A DNA stretch of 64,000 nt from Clostridiaceae bacterium (GCA_021771025.1 JAETPW010000003.1:108010-172009); one strand, 5' to 3'; numbered from the stretch's first letter, positions 1-11,591 are shown. The notes: generated by a model not told the origin, from the sequence alone. A program made the numbers and translations.

Positions 1-1052
<1,052 letters not shown>

Positions 1053-1061
1053 TAAAAGGAG

Positions 1062-1100
1062 AAGAAGGTATTCAAAAGAGATTGAGTACCTTCTTTTTTT
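1062..1100 (+). terminator. Rho-independent terminator after groEL
   Basis: aagaaggtattcaa / ttgagtaccttctt stem followed by T run. Confidence 0.85.
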
Positions 1101-1407
1101 GAGTCAGTAAGTTATCATAAACTTGACTAAACAACAATACAAGATAAAAAAAAGAAGGATTAATCATTCTAATAGGAATTAATTTACAAAAATCAAAATG
1201 AAAACCACAAATCTCGGAAAACTAGGTATGGAAAAGAAAAAGAAGGAATGATATATTGACAAAGAAAAGTATAATACTAAAAAAACAATAATATCCATAT
1301 TAAAAAAAGAGAAATCAAACTATTGCTAGAAAAATAATGAATAAAACAAGCCAAAAGGAACAAAATATAAGAAAAATGGAAAAAAGCAAAAGAGGAGGAT
1401 AATTATA

Positions 1408-2781
1408 GTGAACGGTACAAAAAATGAAGCAAAAATGAAAAAGATAAAAGAATATAAAATGGATAGAGGTATTACACTAATTGCCCTAGTAATCTCCATT
1501 ATTGTTTTATTAATTCTAGCAGGGGTAACAATAGCAGCATTAACAGGGCAAAATGGAATACTAAGCAACGCTACAAAATCAAAAGAAGCAAACGAAAAAG
1601 GAAACGAACTAGACCTAGTAAAATTAGCCACATCAGCTTCACTAATTGATAGTCAAGGGCAAGCCATATCGTTAGCCGATTTACAAAACAACTTAAGCAA
1701 ACAAAACAGTAATGCCATAGCAAGCCAAGAGGGAGAAGGATTTATCGTAAAATTTAATGACTCAGGAAGAGAATATAAAGTAGACAAATATGGAAACGTA
1801 CAAGAAACAGCAGGAGGATCAGGAAATTTACCATCAACTCTTGATACAACACCATTCTTACCAGACGGATTCACCCAAAAAGAAGGAACGAATCTAGACA
1901 ATGGACTAACCATAACCGACGGAACCAATAGTTATGTATGGGTAGAAGTACCAAAAAGTATTTATACCACAGCAACATCAGAAACAGACTATACCAATAT
2001 AGAAGTCGATATGAAAACATATACTGCAGATTATAAAAGTGATACGTATAAAGACGAATATTATTCAGATGAAACAACAGGGCTAACACAAGCAGAATAT
2101 AACAGTTTAAAACAATCCATGTTAACTAGTGTATATAAGAATGGAGGATTTTGGATCAGTCAATATGAAATAGGAACAGACATACTAAGGACAAGTAGTT
2201 CAGCACCATTAACAACTCCAAAAAGTCAAGAGGGATTATACCCCTATAACTATGTAACCTGTACGCAAGCACAAGAATTAGCAGAGCAAATGAATCCCAA
2301 TAGTAGTAAATACAAAAGTAGTTTATTGTTTGGAGTACAATGGGATTTAACTTGTAAGTTCTTAGAAACGAAAGCAACGAATTTAGGGGAAACGCAAGAT
2401 GTAAGAAAAAATGTTATAAAAAGTGATAGTACAACATGGGGAAACTACTATAAAGCAACATTTGAAATAACCAAGGGAAAATACTCAAGCAATAGTGGTA
2501 GTAGTTATACAGATGTAAATGGAACTTATACAAAACCGAATTCAAGTGTATTATTAACAACAGGAGCAACAGAAAGAAACAGTAGCATGAATATCTATGA
2601 TTTCGCTGGAAATGAATGGGAATGGACTTTAGAATATTATACCAGCAACATCAACTATCCTTGCATTAATCGAGGTGGCTATTTCTTCAGCAGTGGAACC
2701 GTCTTTCCGGCCAGCAGTCGTAACAACAATTCGGATCCTTATAGTAGCGGCGACATTACGTTGCGTACGGCTTTATATTAG
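1408..2781 (+). CDS. Type IV prepilin-like protein with C-terminal CLec/FGE-like domain (candidate DGR target)
   Basis: N-terminal RG|ITLIALVISIIVLLILAGVTI class III signal-like segment; C-terminal YDFAGNEWEWT...RGG...R.ALY; AGGAGG upstream of GTG. Confidence 0.85.
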   Translation: MNGTKNEAKMKKIKEYKMDRGITLIALVISIIVLLILAGVTIAALTGQNGILSNATKSKEANEKGNELDLVKLATSASLIDSQGQAISLADLQNNLSKQNSNAIASQEGEGFIVKFNDSGREYKVDKYGNVQETAGGSGNLPSTLDTTPFLPDGFTQKEGTNLDNGLTITDGTNSYVWVEVPKSIYTTATSETDYTNIEVDMKTYTADYKSDTYKDEYYSDETTGLTQAEYNSLKQSMLTSVYKNGGFWISQYEIGTDILRTSSSAPLTTPKSQEGLYPYNYVTCTQAQELAEQMNPNSSKYKSSLLFGVQWDLTCKFLETKATNLGETQDVRKNVIKSDSTTWGNYYKATFEITKGKYSSNSGSSYTDVNGTYTKPNSSVLLTTGATERNSSMNIYDFAGNEWEWTLEYYTSNINYPCINRGGYFFSSGTVFPASSRNNNSDPYSSGDITLRTALY

Positions 2782-2803
2782 TAAAAATGAGGAGTGTTAA
2801 ATA

Positions 2804-2847
2804 TAACTGTGCAAATTCAAAATTTAATTTTTGAATTTATACAGTTA
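2804..2847 (+). other. Imperfect inverted repeat just downstream of the putative variable region (terminator or DGR-type hairpin)
   Basis: taactgt-gc-aaattcaaaa / ttttgaattt-at-acagtta, followed by T run. Confidence 0.6.
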
Positions 2848-2930
2848 ATTTTTTTGATGGGAAGTAGAGAAATAAAGAAAGTAAATAGTAACTGTCGCCA
2901 CAATATTCGAAAAATTCCTCCCAAAAACAA

Positions 2931-2959
2931 TTGCAATTTCCCAAAAACTATGATAGAAT
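2931..2959 (+). promoter_or_regulatory. sigmaA-type promoter of secG
   Basis: TTGCAA-17-TAGAAT with extended TG. Confidence 0.65.
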
Positions 2960-3003
2960 AACCAAGAAATAAAAAAAGACAAACCATAGGGAGGAATACA
3001 CAA

Positions 3004-3252
3004 ATGGAAATCGCAAAAACAGTATTAGCCATTATCTACTTCATCAACATTATAGCCATAGTAATACTAGCTCTTATCCAAACCAAGGAAGACTCAGGGC
3101 TATCATCAACCTTAACCGGTTCCTCAACCGACAATTTTTATGAAAAAAATAAAGGAAGAACCAAAGAAGGAAAACAAAAAAGATGGACGATCATATTATC
3201 CATAACCTTTGCAATCTTAACCATAGCACTAGGAATCTTATGGATGGCATAG
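3004..3252 (+). CDS. secG: Preprotein translocase subunit SecG
   Basis: 82 aa, two TM helices, LIQ...GLSS.L.G motif, upstream of rnr. Confidence 0.92.
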   Translation: MEIAKTVLAIIYFINIIAIVILALIQTKEDSGLSSTLTGSSTDNFYEKNKGRTKEGKQKRWTIILSITFAILTIALGILWMA

Positions 3253-3306
3253 AAACAAGAAAAGGAGCAAGTTATCAACTAACTAGCTCTTTTTTGAAGT
3301 AGAAGA

Positions 3307-3437
3307 GAAAAAAGGGTAGGGAAATGTGGGGACGCCCTTTTCTTCCCTATATACTAAAAGATATAAAAAATAAATAAATAAATAGGAAAGTAGATAGGGA
3401 AAAAAAGGGCGTCCCTACATTTCCCTACCCCTTTTTT
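3307..3437. repeat. GGGGACG-core inverted repeat pair (REP/REPIN-like)
   Basis: agggtagggaaatgtggggacgcccttttcttccctat (3313-3350) vs atagggaaaaaaagggcgtccctacatttccctaccct (3394-3431). Confidence 0.85.
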
Positions 3438-3465
3438 CCCTACCTTTCCTATTAGGAGGATTTAA

Positions 3466-5589
3466 ATGAATAAGAAAGAAGAAATTATTTTAGCGGTAAT
3501 GAAAGATGATGATTATGTGCCGATGAAGGCCAAAGAGTTGGCCATGATTTTAGGTGTACCAAAAAAAGAATATCAAGATTTTTTATCTATTTTAAGTGAA
3601 TTGGAAATGGAGTTTAAAATAGGAAAAAACAGAAAGAATCGTTATCGCGTAATAGAACAAAATTATCATGAGGGAATCTATCGTAAACACCAAAAAGGAT
3701 TCGGATTTGTGAAATTAGACGGGCAAGAAGAGGAAGTGTATATTGCTAAAGAAAATGCGAACAATGCTTTAAATGGAGATCGAGTGTTAATTGAAATTCT
3801 AGAAGAAAAAAATAAAGTAAAAAAAGCAGAGGGAATCATTAAAAGAATCATTAAACACGAGAAAGATACTTTGGTGGGGACTTTTGAAAATCATAAAGAT
3901 TTTGGTTTTGTTGTTCCTGATGATAAAAATTTTGGTACAGATGTTTTTATCTCTAAAGCCAACTTTGGAAAGGCCAGAAACGGTCATAAAGTGTTAGTGA
4001 AAATTACCCAGTATCCATTAAAAGGGAAAAAAGCAGAAGGAAAAATCATAGAAGTGTTAGGTCCACCAAATGAGGCAGGAATTGACATGTTATCTTTGAT
4101 CAAAGAATACGATTTACCGTATCGTTTTCCTGAACCAGTGGTAGAAGAAGCTAAACGATGTGGAAATAAAGTAGATAAAAAAGACATTCCTAATCGAGTA
4201 GATTTACGTGATGATATGATCTTTACCATTGATGGGGAAGATGCCAAAGATTTAGATGATGCAGTAAGAGTAAGTAAGTTAGAAAATGGAAACTATCGTT
4301 TAGATGTACACATTGCCGATGTGAGTTACTATGTCACAGAAGGAAGTTTACTTGACCAAGAGGCATTACTTAGAGGAACCAGTATCTATTTACTAGGAAG
4401 AGTTATTCCCATGCTCCCACGTGAACTATCGAATGGAATCTGTAGTTTAAACGCAGGAGAAGATCGATTTACTCTGTCCTGTAGTATGGAAATCGACGAA
4501 AAAGGAAAAGTTATCGGAAGTGAAGTATATAAAGCCATAATTAACGTAACCGAAAGAATGAATTATCATGATGTACAAAAAATAATTGACCATTCTGACC
4601 CAGAGGTCATGAAACGTTATGAACCATACCAAGAACAGTTTGAATTAATGGAAGAATTAGCCCAAATCTTAAAACAAAAAAGACAAGAACAAGGCTACTT
4701 AAACTTAGACATTCCCGAAAGCAAAATTGAGTTAGACGATAATGGAAAAGTAATCAATATTGGAAAATACGAAACAACCTTTGCCAATGAAATCATCGAA
4801 CAATTCATGCTAATAGCCAATGAAACGATTGCCGAAAAATTTTATTGGTTAGAGGCACCATTTATCTACCGTGTTCATGAAGAACCAGACATCGACAAAG
4901 TAAAAGAACTAAATAAATTTTTATGGAACTTTGGTTACAAAATAAAAATCACCAACAACAAAGTACACCCAACGGAATTTGCCAAAATTCTAGAAGAAAT
5001 AAAAGGGAAACCAGAAGAAAAAGTAGTAGCCAACTTAATTTTAAGAACCCTAAAAGTTGCACGCTACGAAGCAGAAGACAAAGGTCACTTTGGCATTGCC
5101 AGCAATCACTACTGCCACTTTACATCGCCAATTAGAAGATACCCAGACTTATATATTCACCGCATAATATCGGAATACCTAAAAAAACACTATGAAGTAA
5201 AAGAAGAATGGAAAATGCAGAACCTAGAAATCGCCGAGCAAAGAGCATACCAAAGTTCAGAACGAGAAAAAATAGCCACAAAAGTAGAACGAGAAAGTGA
5301 AGACTTAAAGAAAGCAGAATACATGGAAGGGAAAATAGGAGAAATTTATGAAGGAATTATCTCATCTGTTACCCAATTTGGAATTTTTGTGGAACTAGAA
5401 AATACAGTAGAAGGGTTAATTCGATTCGACCATTTAGGAGACGAATATTTTGAATATGACGAGGAACACAAAAGACTAGTGGGAGAGAAATCAAACAAGA
5501 CCTACCAGATTGGAGATAAAATAACAATTCGCGTAATTTCAGCAAGTAAAATGTTGAGGCAAGTTGACTTTGAATTAGTACATGAATAG
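3466..5589 (+). CDS. rnr: Ribonuclease R
   Basis: TIDGEDAKDLDDA, HFTSPIRRYPD, C-terminal S1 domain. Confidence 0.97.
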   Translation: MNKKEEIILAVMKDDDYVPMKAKELAMILGVPKKEYQDFLSILSELEMEFKIGKNRKNRYRVIEQNYHEGIYRKHQKGFGFVKLDGQEEEVYIAKENANNALNGDRVLIEILEEKNKVKKAEGIIKRIIKHEKDTLVGTFENHKDFGFVVPDDKNFGTDVFISKANFGKARNGHKVLVKITQYPLKGKKAEGKIIEVLGPPNEAGIDMLSLIKEYDLPYRFPEPVVEEAKRCGNKVDKKDIPNRVDLRDDMIFTIDGEDAKDLDDAVRVSKLENGNYRLDVHIADVSYYVTEGSLLDQEALLRGTSIYLLGRVIPMLPRELSNGICSLNAGEDRFTLSCSMEIDEKGKVIGSEVYKAIINVTERMNYHDVQKIIDHSDPEVMKRYEPYQEQFELMEELAQILKQKRQEQGYLNLDIPESKIELDDNGKVINIGKYETTFANEIIEQFMLIANETIAEKFYWLEAPFIYRVHEEPDIDKVKELNKFLWNFGYKIKITNNKVHPTEFAKILEEIKGKPEEKVVANLILRTLKVARYEAEDKGHFGIASNHYCHFTSPIRRYPDLYIHRIISEYLKKHYEVKEEWKMQNLEIAEQRAYQSSEREKIATKVERESEDLKKAEYMEGKIGEIYEGIISSVTQFGIFVELENTVEGLIRFDHLGDEYFEYDEEHKRLVGEKSNKTYQIGDKITIRVISASKMLRQVDFELVHE

Positions 5590-5620
5590 ATGGCTTTATA
5601 TGAATTAGGTTACTAAATTT

Positions 5621-5850
5621 AGGTTGAGGAATAAGTCCGCCTGAAAATGGTTCTTTGTTGAGGATGGGGTTATCTTCATGAATTTAGTCTTCCATAGCAG
5701 GGTCGTTTTAAAACCCGATAACAAGCTCCTTGTGAGGGACCTAAGGGTTTTAAAACGACCCTGCTATGGAAGATTAAATTACTAGACAATAAGATAGCCA
5801 TACTCCTCACTGGGAAGCGGACTCACACCTCACATCCAAACCTCAACCCC
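5621..5850. repeat. Long nested palindromic element with 36-bp core inverted repeat
   Basis: 5681-5716 vs 5745-5780 match at 35/36; outer pairs agtccgc/gcggact and ggttgagg/cctcaacc. Confidence 0.85.
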
Positions 5851-5894
5851 CATAATCCACTAACTTTTACACAAAACCAAAGGAGGATCTAAAA

Positions 5895-7145
5895 ATGATT
5901 TCCATAGCCCAAAAAATACAAAAAGCAGGAGGAACCCTCTACCTAGTAGGAGGAGCAGTCAGAGACGAAATAGTAAATAGACCAATTACCGATGAAGACT
6001 ATTGCATAACAGGTCTAACCCAAGAGCAATTCACTAACCTATTTCCCGGAGCCATCAAACAAGGAAAAAACTTTCCTGTATGGCGCTTAGAAGGAAAAGA
6101 ATTTGCCTTAGCCCGAACCGAACAAAAAACAGGAAAAGGCCATACTCATTTTCATACACAAACAAGCCCTGAAATTACCATAGAGCAAGATTTAGCCAGA
6201 AGAGACTTAAGCATCAATAGCATGGCAAAAGAAGTATTAACCGGAAAAATCATCGATCCCTATAACGGAAAACAAGACAGTAAACAAAAAATTCTGCGAG
6301 CAACAAGTACTCATTTTTCAGAAGATCCACTCCGTGTTTACCGCGTAGCTAGACTAGCAGCAGTACTAGAATTTACCATAGAACGTCAAACAGAAGCACA
6401 AATGAAAAAACTAATCCCAGAACTTAGCACTCTATCAGTAGAACGAATCACCGAAGAATTAAAAAAAGCCCTAGACACCGATAAACCATCAATCTTCTTT
6501 CGCGTACTAGAAAAAATAGGAGCATTGTCCATTCACTTTCCAGAATTACAAAGCTTAATAGGAGCCGAACAACCAATAAAATATCATCCTGAAGGAGATG
6601 CTTTTAAGCACACCATGATGACTTTAGATGAAGCAGCAAAACTAACCCAAAATCACCCAAACCGAATAGCCATCCGTTTTAGTAGTTTAGTTCATGATGT
6701 AGGAAAAGGACTAACCCCAAAATCTGAATATCCTCACCATTATGGACATGACCAAAAAGGAGTAGCTGTAGTTGAACAAATGGGAAAACGCCTAAAATTA
6801 CCTAATAAGTGGATTTCTTGTGGAAAAACAGCGTGCCGAGAACACATGAGAGAAGGCATTTTTCCTGAAATGAAACCAGCAACAAAAGTGGATTTCATTG
6901 AACGAGTCAATAAAACGCAATTGGGGTTAGAAGGATTAAAAATCGTTGTTTGGGCAGATCAAGCAAATGGTAGAACCCAAGAAAAAGAACATGATTTTGC
7001 TTGTTTAGGTAAACAAATGTTAACCCAAGTAACTGGAAAAAAAATTAAACAAAATCATGAACTATTAACAGGGCTTATGATTAAAGAAAAACTAAGAGAA
7101 GAAAGAATTAAGTGGATAAAAATTAACTATCCACCCAAAACATAA
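5895..7145 (+). CDS. cca: CCA-adding tRNA nucleotidyltransferase with HD domain
   Basis: LYLVGGAVRD, DLARRDLSINSMA, EDPLRVYR, YHPEGD, LVHDVGK. Confidence 0.93.
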   Translation: MISIAQKIQKAGGTLYLVGGAVRDEIVNRPITDEDYCITGLTQEQFTNLFPGAIKQGKNFPVWRLEGKEFALARTEQKTGKGHTHFHTQTSPEITIEQDLARRDLSINSMAKEVLTGKIIDPYNGKQDSKQKILRATSTHFSEDPLRVYRVARLAAVLEFTIERQTEAQMKKLIPELSTLSVERITEELKKALDTDKPSIFFRVLEKIGALSIHFPELQSLIGAEQPIKYHPEGDAFKHTMMTLDEAAKLTQNHPNRIAIRFSSLVHDVGKGLTPKSEYPHHYGHDQKGVAVVEQMGKRLKLPNKWISCGKTACREHMREGIFPEMKPATKVDFIERVNKTQLGLEGLKIVVWADQANGRTQEKEHDFACLGKQMLTQVTGKKIKQNHELLTGLMIKEKLREERIKWIKINYPPKT

Positions 7146-7302
7146 TCACACTAAAAAGAGTCACAAAACAAGCAAAAGCAATTAAGCAAATCCCTCCGGA
7201 TTTGTTTTTTTCTTGGTCAATTTCATATTTAGCGTAGGCAATACTTCTCAGTAAAACATAAATCGCAAAAACAATAAATAAAATTCGATAAAAAATTTCC
7301 AT
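7123..7302 (-). CDS. 59-aa two-TM membrane protein downstream of the gerK operon (below ORF-track cutoff)
   Basis: AGAGGTG SD then MEIFYRILFIVFAIYVLLRSIAYAKYEIDQEKNKSGGICLIAFACFVTLFSVIMFWVDS*. Confidence 0.75.
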   Translation of the reverse strand: MEIFYRILFIVFAIYVLLRSIAYAKYEIDQEKNKSGGICLIAFACFVTLFSVIMFWVDS

Positions 7303-7499
7303 CTAATCACCTCTTTATACCATTCACAGTCACTAAAATAGTAGAGTAGCTAGAGAGGGGCGATATCGACTCGAAAGCGGACTACACTCAAATAGCTGTG
7401 AATGGTAACTTCATTTATTAAAACAATAGAAAATAGTAACATTCTATAAAAATAATTTCCCTTAACCAACATTTAATGGCTAGTCAGTAAATACACAAC

Positions 7500-8723
7500 T
7501 TAAGTTTCTGTTAATAACGAACCAGACTTAATATTGGTATCTACATGTACATCAAAAAAGCAATTTCGGTAATTTTCATTCCAATTATAGGTTTCAAAAT
7601 CCGGCATAGTAAAAAAATTAGTTAAAGCTTTTTTTCCGATACCATTAATATCTGTTCCAAATTCTTTAGAAGTTTTATACAAATAAGAAGAAAAAGTAGA
7701 TTCTAAATAACTGCTGCAATAATTGGAAACAGCAGATAAAACATCGCTTTCTAAATATTTTGCACCATTCTTCATCGAATAAATACGTCCCTTAAAAGAA
7801 TAATTTACCGTAACATAAGGAGATCCATTTACTAAGTCTACTTTAGTTTTTGTTTCTTTGGCAGGTGTTAAGTAAAGATCTATATAGGAATTTTCTACAT
7901 CAGGATTAGGAACAGTAACTAAAAAGCCCTCTACTTCATTACGAGTAGATAAGAAAGAAAGTGTTTCAATGGCATTTAATTCCCCAACTAAAGTTCCATT
8001 TTTAAAAATGGCTAAACCTATATTCTCAGAACGTGAAGAACCACTAACTGGAGACTCATTTGCCTTAACATTAGCATCTTTCTGACTAACATTAGTCGTA
8101 TTGGTTTGCAAAGGCTCAGAGTTAATACCTCCTAAGATAGCAAAAGGTTCACAGGTTTCACATAACATATCGTTAAAAAAATCACCAATCGTAGCGTTAA
8201 CGGTATAACCGGTATATTGGCTAGAATTACTAAATACTTCATAATATTTCGTAATTAAAGGTTCCAAAATTGGTTTAGAATTTTGAATATAGGCCTTAGC
8301 GGTGCATTTGCTAATAACAATATTGGTAGAAGGTCTAATTTGACTATCATTCATGAGTGTATAGATTTCATCTTGAATACCTTGTTTTGCTACTTCCTCT
8401 GAAAAAACAATTAACTTACAATGGGAAAGGGTTAATTCTTTTCCAATATAGGCATTCATTAGATTAATGGCAGAAGATAGAGAAGAAGCCTCAATTGTAT
8501 TAACAATAGAAGGAGCTTTTTCAGTTGTTCCTGTTTCAGAGACAGAAGAAGAATTCGTAAATTGGAAAGTAACTTGATAGCGATTCGTATCAGAACGATC
8601 TACTGCCATAGAAACCAAAATAGCAATATTATCTAAATTTAATGTCTTATAGGAAGCAGAAAACATAGTAATAAAAACAAACAAGAGAAGAAACACAAAA
8701 AATTTTTTGGCTATACTATTCAT
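7500..8723 (-). CDS. gerKC: Ger(x)C family spore germination protein
   Basis: SMAVD...YQVTFQ, LSHCKLIVFSEEVA, GLAIFK motifs; third gene of the germinant receptor operon. Confidence 0.9.
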   Translation of the reverse strand: MNSIAKKFFVFLLLFVFITMFSASYKTLNLDNIAILVSMAVDRSDTNRYQVTFQFTNSSSVSETGTTEKAPSIVNTIEASSLSSAINLMNAYIGKELTLSHCKLIVFSEEVAKQGIQDEIYTLMNDSQIRPSTNIVISKCTAKAYIQNSKPILEPLITKYYEVFSNSSQYTGYTVNATIGDFFNDMLCETCEPFAILGGINSEPLQTNTTNVSQKDANVKANESPVSGSSRSENIGLAIFKNGTLVGELNAIETLSFLSTRNEVEGFLVTVPNPDVENSYIDLYLTPAKETKTKVDLVNGSPYVTVNYSFKGRIYSMKNGAKYLESDVLSAVSNYCSSYLESTFSSYLYKTSKEFGTDINGIGKKALTNFFTMPDFETYNWNENYRNCFFDVHVDTNIKSGSLLTET

Positions 8724-9819
8724 GAGTAACACCCACTTTCTTTCTATTCTTTTTACTGTTGGCTAAAATCAAAATCGTAAATGTTAGGACTAAATTAATA
8801 CCGAGAACTAAATAAGGATATATGCTATCTTCTAAATAACGAGATATAGCATAATTTTTAGGAATCATGGCAATGGCAAATAGCAGAAGCGGAAAAAGAA
8901 ACGCTAATGGTTTTAGCTTCTTTAAATTAGTGATTTTTTGAAAAATAGCCATAGAAAAACGATTAGCTATACACAAATAGGAACAAATTTCTAACATCCA
9001 AACCAATAAAAATAATGATTCTAAACGTTGAAAAAAGGTTCCAAATTCAATATAACGAGCAGCCGAGTATAAAGGCAAAACTTCATCAACATTGACAAAG
9101 AAGGAGAAAGTAAATAATAGGGTGGAGACACAAAAAATCAGATAAATGGCAGCAACTCCTACAGAAAGCATAGATATTTTTTTGAACTTTTGCGGTTCTT
9201 TTAAGTAAGGAGGAAGAAAATATAAACACCCAATTCCTCCAAAAGCAGCTAGATTACCTAATCCAACAACAAAAGTTTGATAAAGTCCGTCTCCTAAAAC
9301 TGGTAACATACGCTCTATGAAAAAATTTTTAGCATTACCAAAAAACAATAAAATAATACTCACAAGCACGATAGGTAAAATTAATGAAATTGTTTTAACA
9401 TTAGAACGAAAGGTAAACGTATTGGTAATACAGAGAACAACCACAAACGTTAAGATAATATAGGTTAAACTAGTAAAAGGAAAGTAAATAATTTTAATAC
9501 CCTCGCAAAAATTGCGAAGCAAAAAAGCAGAACTACTAATAAAATAAGCAATAAAAACAAAGCCAACGATTTTTTGTAACCAAGGTCCTCCTAAAAACTG
9601 GCTAATATCAACAATATCTTGCCCGTGAAATTGGCGGAACAAACGATAAATAACATAGCCAAGTAAAATGGCAATAATGCCAACATAAATCATATTAATA
9701 ATGACCGCTGATTTAGCCGTAGACAATAAGGTTTTAGGAAGAGAAACAATCGTATGAGAAACAATAACGGTAACCACTAAAATAATAGCTTCTCGAGTGG
9801 TAATTTTGGATTGTGGCAT
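8716..9819 (-). CDS. gerKB: GerAB/ArcD/ProY family germination permease
   Basis: About 10 TM helices, FFQRLESLFLLVW motif. Confidence 0.9.
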   Translation of the reverse strand: MPQSKITTREAIILVVTVIVSHTIVSLPKTLLSTAKSAVIINMIYVGIIAILLGYVIYRLFRQFHGQDIVDISQFLGGPWLQKIVGFVFIAYFISSSAFLLRNFCEGIKIIYFPFTSLTYIILTFVVVLCITNTFTFRSNVKTISLILPIVLVSIILLFFGNAKNFFIERMLPVLGDGLYQTFVVGLGNLAAFGGIGCLYFLPPYLKEPQKFKKISMLSVGVAAIYLIFCVSTLLFTFSFFVNVDEVLPLYSAARYIEFGTFFQRLESLFLLVWMLEICSYLCIANRFSMAIFQKITNLKKLKPLAFLFPLLLFAIAMIPKNYAISRYLEDSIYPYLVLGINLVLTFTILILANSKKNRKKVGVTHE

Positions 9820-9851
9820 AATAATCTCCTTTCATCATAAAATAACCTAAT

Positions 9852-11555
9852 TTATTTATACTTCCATTTCATGGCAATTGGTTCTTGGCGCTTTTCTTTT
9901 TGTGGATTTAAAAAATTAGCACGATATTCTCTTTTCCAAATGGGAGGAAGAAAATAACTGTGGTGCTTTGAGTTTTCAAGGGAAGAGGTATTAACCATAT
10001 ACGGAATACCAAAGGAATCGGTGTTGCAAAGCACAGCTAAGTACACAAAAAAGCCTAGAGCGATACCAAAGAAACCTGACATATACCCTAAAAAGATAAA
10101 CAAGAAGCGGAAGTAGCGTAGGTGAAAGCCAAAGCTATAATCAGGAATGGCAAAAGAGGCAATTCCAGTAATAGCAACGATAATAATTAAAATCGGACTA
10201 ACAATACCAGCACTAACAGCAGCTTGCCCTAATACCAAAGCACCAACAATACCAATGGTAGGACCAATTGGTGATGGGACCCTTAAACCTGCTTCTCGTA
10301 TTAATTCAAAAGAAATTTCCATGACTAGCAGTTCGAAAATAATAGGAAAGGGAACACTCTCTCGTGAGGCTAAAATAGAAAACAGCAATTCTGTTGGTAA
10401 TACTTCTTGGTGAAAACTAGTAACAGCTATATAAAACCCTGGCAATAATAATGTTAAAAAGACAGCGAGAAAACGAATTCCTTTTAAAAAGTTAGAAAAA
10501 GTAACCTTTAGGTTGCGATCATCTGGTGAACTTAAAAAATCATTAAAAATAGCAGGAACAACAATTGCATAAGGAGTACCATTAACCATAAGAACAACTC
10601 TTCCATCTAATAAATAACCAACAGCTTTATCAGGACGTTCAGTAGAAAGAGCCTGTGGAACACCTAAATCATTTGAATCAGCAATTAGTTGTTCTAATTG
10701 ACCGGCAGAAAGCATAGAATCAATTTCTAAATTATTTAAACGATAACGAGCTTCAGCTATTAAATCAGTATTGGTGATATTTTTCATATAACATAAAGCA
10801 CATTTTGTTTTAGTAATTTTTCCTATTTCTACATTTTCTATGATTAGATTTTCATTATTAATTACTCGGCGAATCAATGAAGTATTTGTACGAATACTTT
10901 CTACAAAGGCCTCATGAGGGCCTTTAATAACAATCTCATTACTTGGTTTATCTACGCTTCTTTGTTTAAACCCTTTTACTTCTATATCGAAAACAATTGG
11001 TAAAGTATCTACAAATAAGGCACAATTTCCAGAGTTTACACCAGAAAAAGCCTCTTCAAAATTAGAAACTTGATTAACAGTATTTTGAGGAAGAAGGCAA
11101 TTCATTAAATAAGCCCCTAAATCGAATTTTTTTACTTTACGAACCGTGATATTATTGGTAACAGCTTCCGAAATAACACGATTTTGTTCTCCTTCAAATA
11201 AATTGTTTTGATTTCTCATCATTAAAGGTTGCAAAACAAAATGATCCATTAGTTCAGAATCAATCATTCCATCAATATAAAGCAAAAAGGCATGATACTG
11301 CTTACCACGAGCATTTAAGGTGAATTCACGAACAATAATATCACTATTTATCATCACATTGTAATGAGTATTAACATATTCCAAACTAACAGATAAGCTA
11401 GGGTAAATAGCGGTTTTGGCTTTAGGAGAATTATTTTCTTGCCTATTACCAGAATAAGGTGATGGAGGGCGATTACTCTTTTCCAATAACGAAAATTGAT
11501 ATTCATTTGGCGGGGTATAACTAGTTAAGCTATTCCATAGATTTTTGAAACTCAT
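9852..11555 (-). CDS. gerKA: GerA family spore germination protein
   Basis: GPHEAFVE, TERPD, ELIREAGLRVPSPIG, IGIVGALVLGQAAV. Confidence 0.95.
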   Translation of the reverse strand: MSFKNLWNSLTSYTPPNEYQFSLLEKSNRPPSPYSGNRQENNSPKAKTAIYPSLSVSLEYVNTHYNVMINSDIIVREFTLNARGKQYHAFLLYIDGMIDSELMDHFVLQPLMMRNQNNLFEGEQNRVISEAVTNNITVRKVKKFDLGAYLMNCLLPQNTVNQVSNFEEAFSGVNSGNCALFVDTLPIVFDIEVKGFKQRSVDKPSNEIVIKGPHEAFVESIRTNTSLIRRVINNENLIIENVEIGKITKTKCALCYMKNITNTDLIAEARYRLNNLEIDSMLSAGQLEQLIADSNDLGVPQALSTERPDKAVGYLLDGRVVLMVNGTPYAIVVPAIFNDFLSSPDDRNLKVTFSNFLKGIRFLAVFLTLLLPGFYIAVTSFHQEVLPTELLFSILASRESVPFPIIFELLVMEISFELIREAGLRVPSPIGPTIGIVGALVLGQAAVSAGIVSPILIIIVAITGIASFAIPDYSFGFHLRYFRFLFIFLGYMSGFFGIALGFFVYLAVLCNTDSFGIPYMVNTSSLENSKHHSYFLPPIWKREYRANFLNPQKEKRQEPIAMKWKYK

Positions 11556-11591
11556 GATTAGTCATCCTTTCAATTTACATAGACTTTGTAC

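Noticed and set aside
5590-5894. tmRNA expected downstream of secG-rnr
   Set aside because: No tRNA-like ends or tag ORF, too short, and smpB is absent
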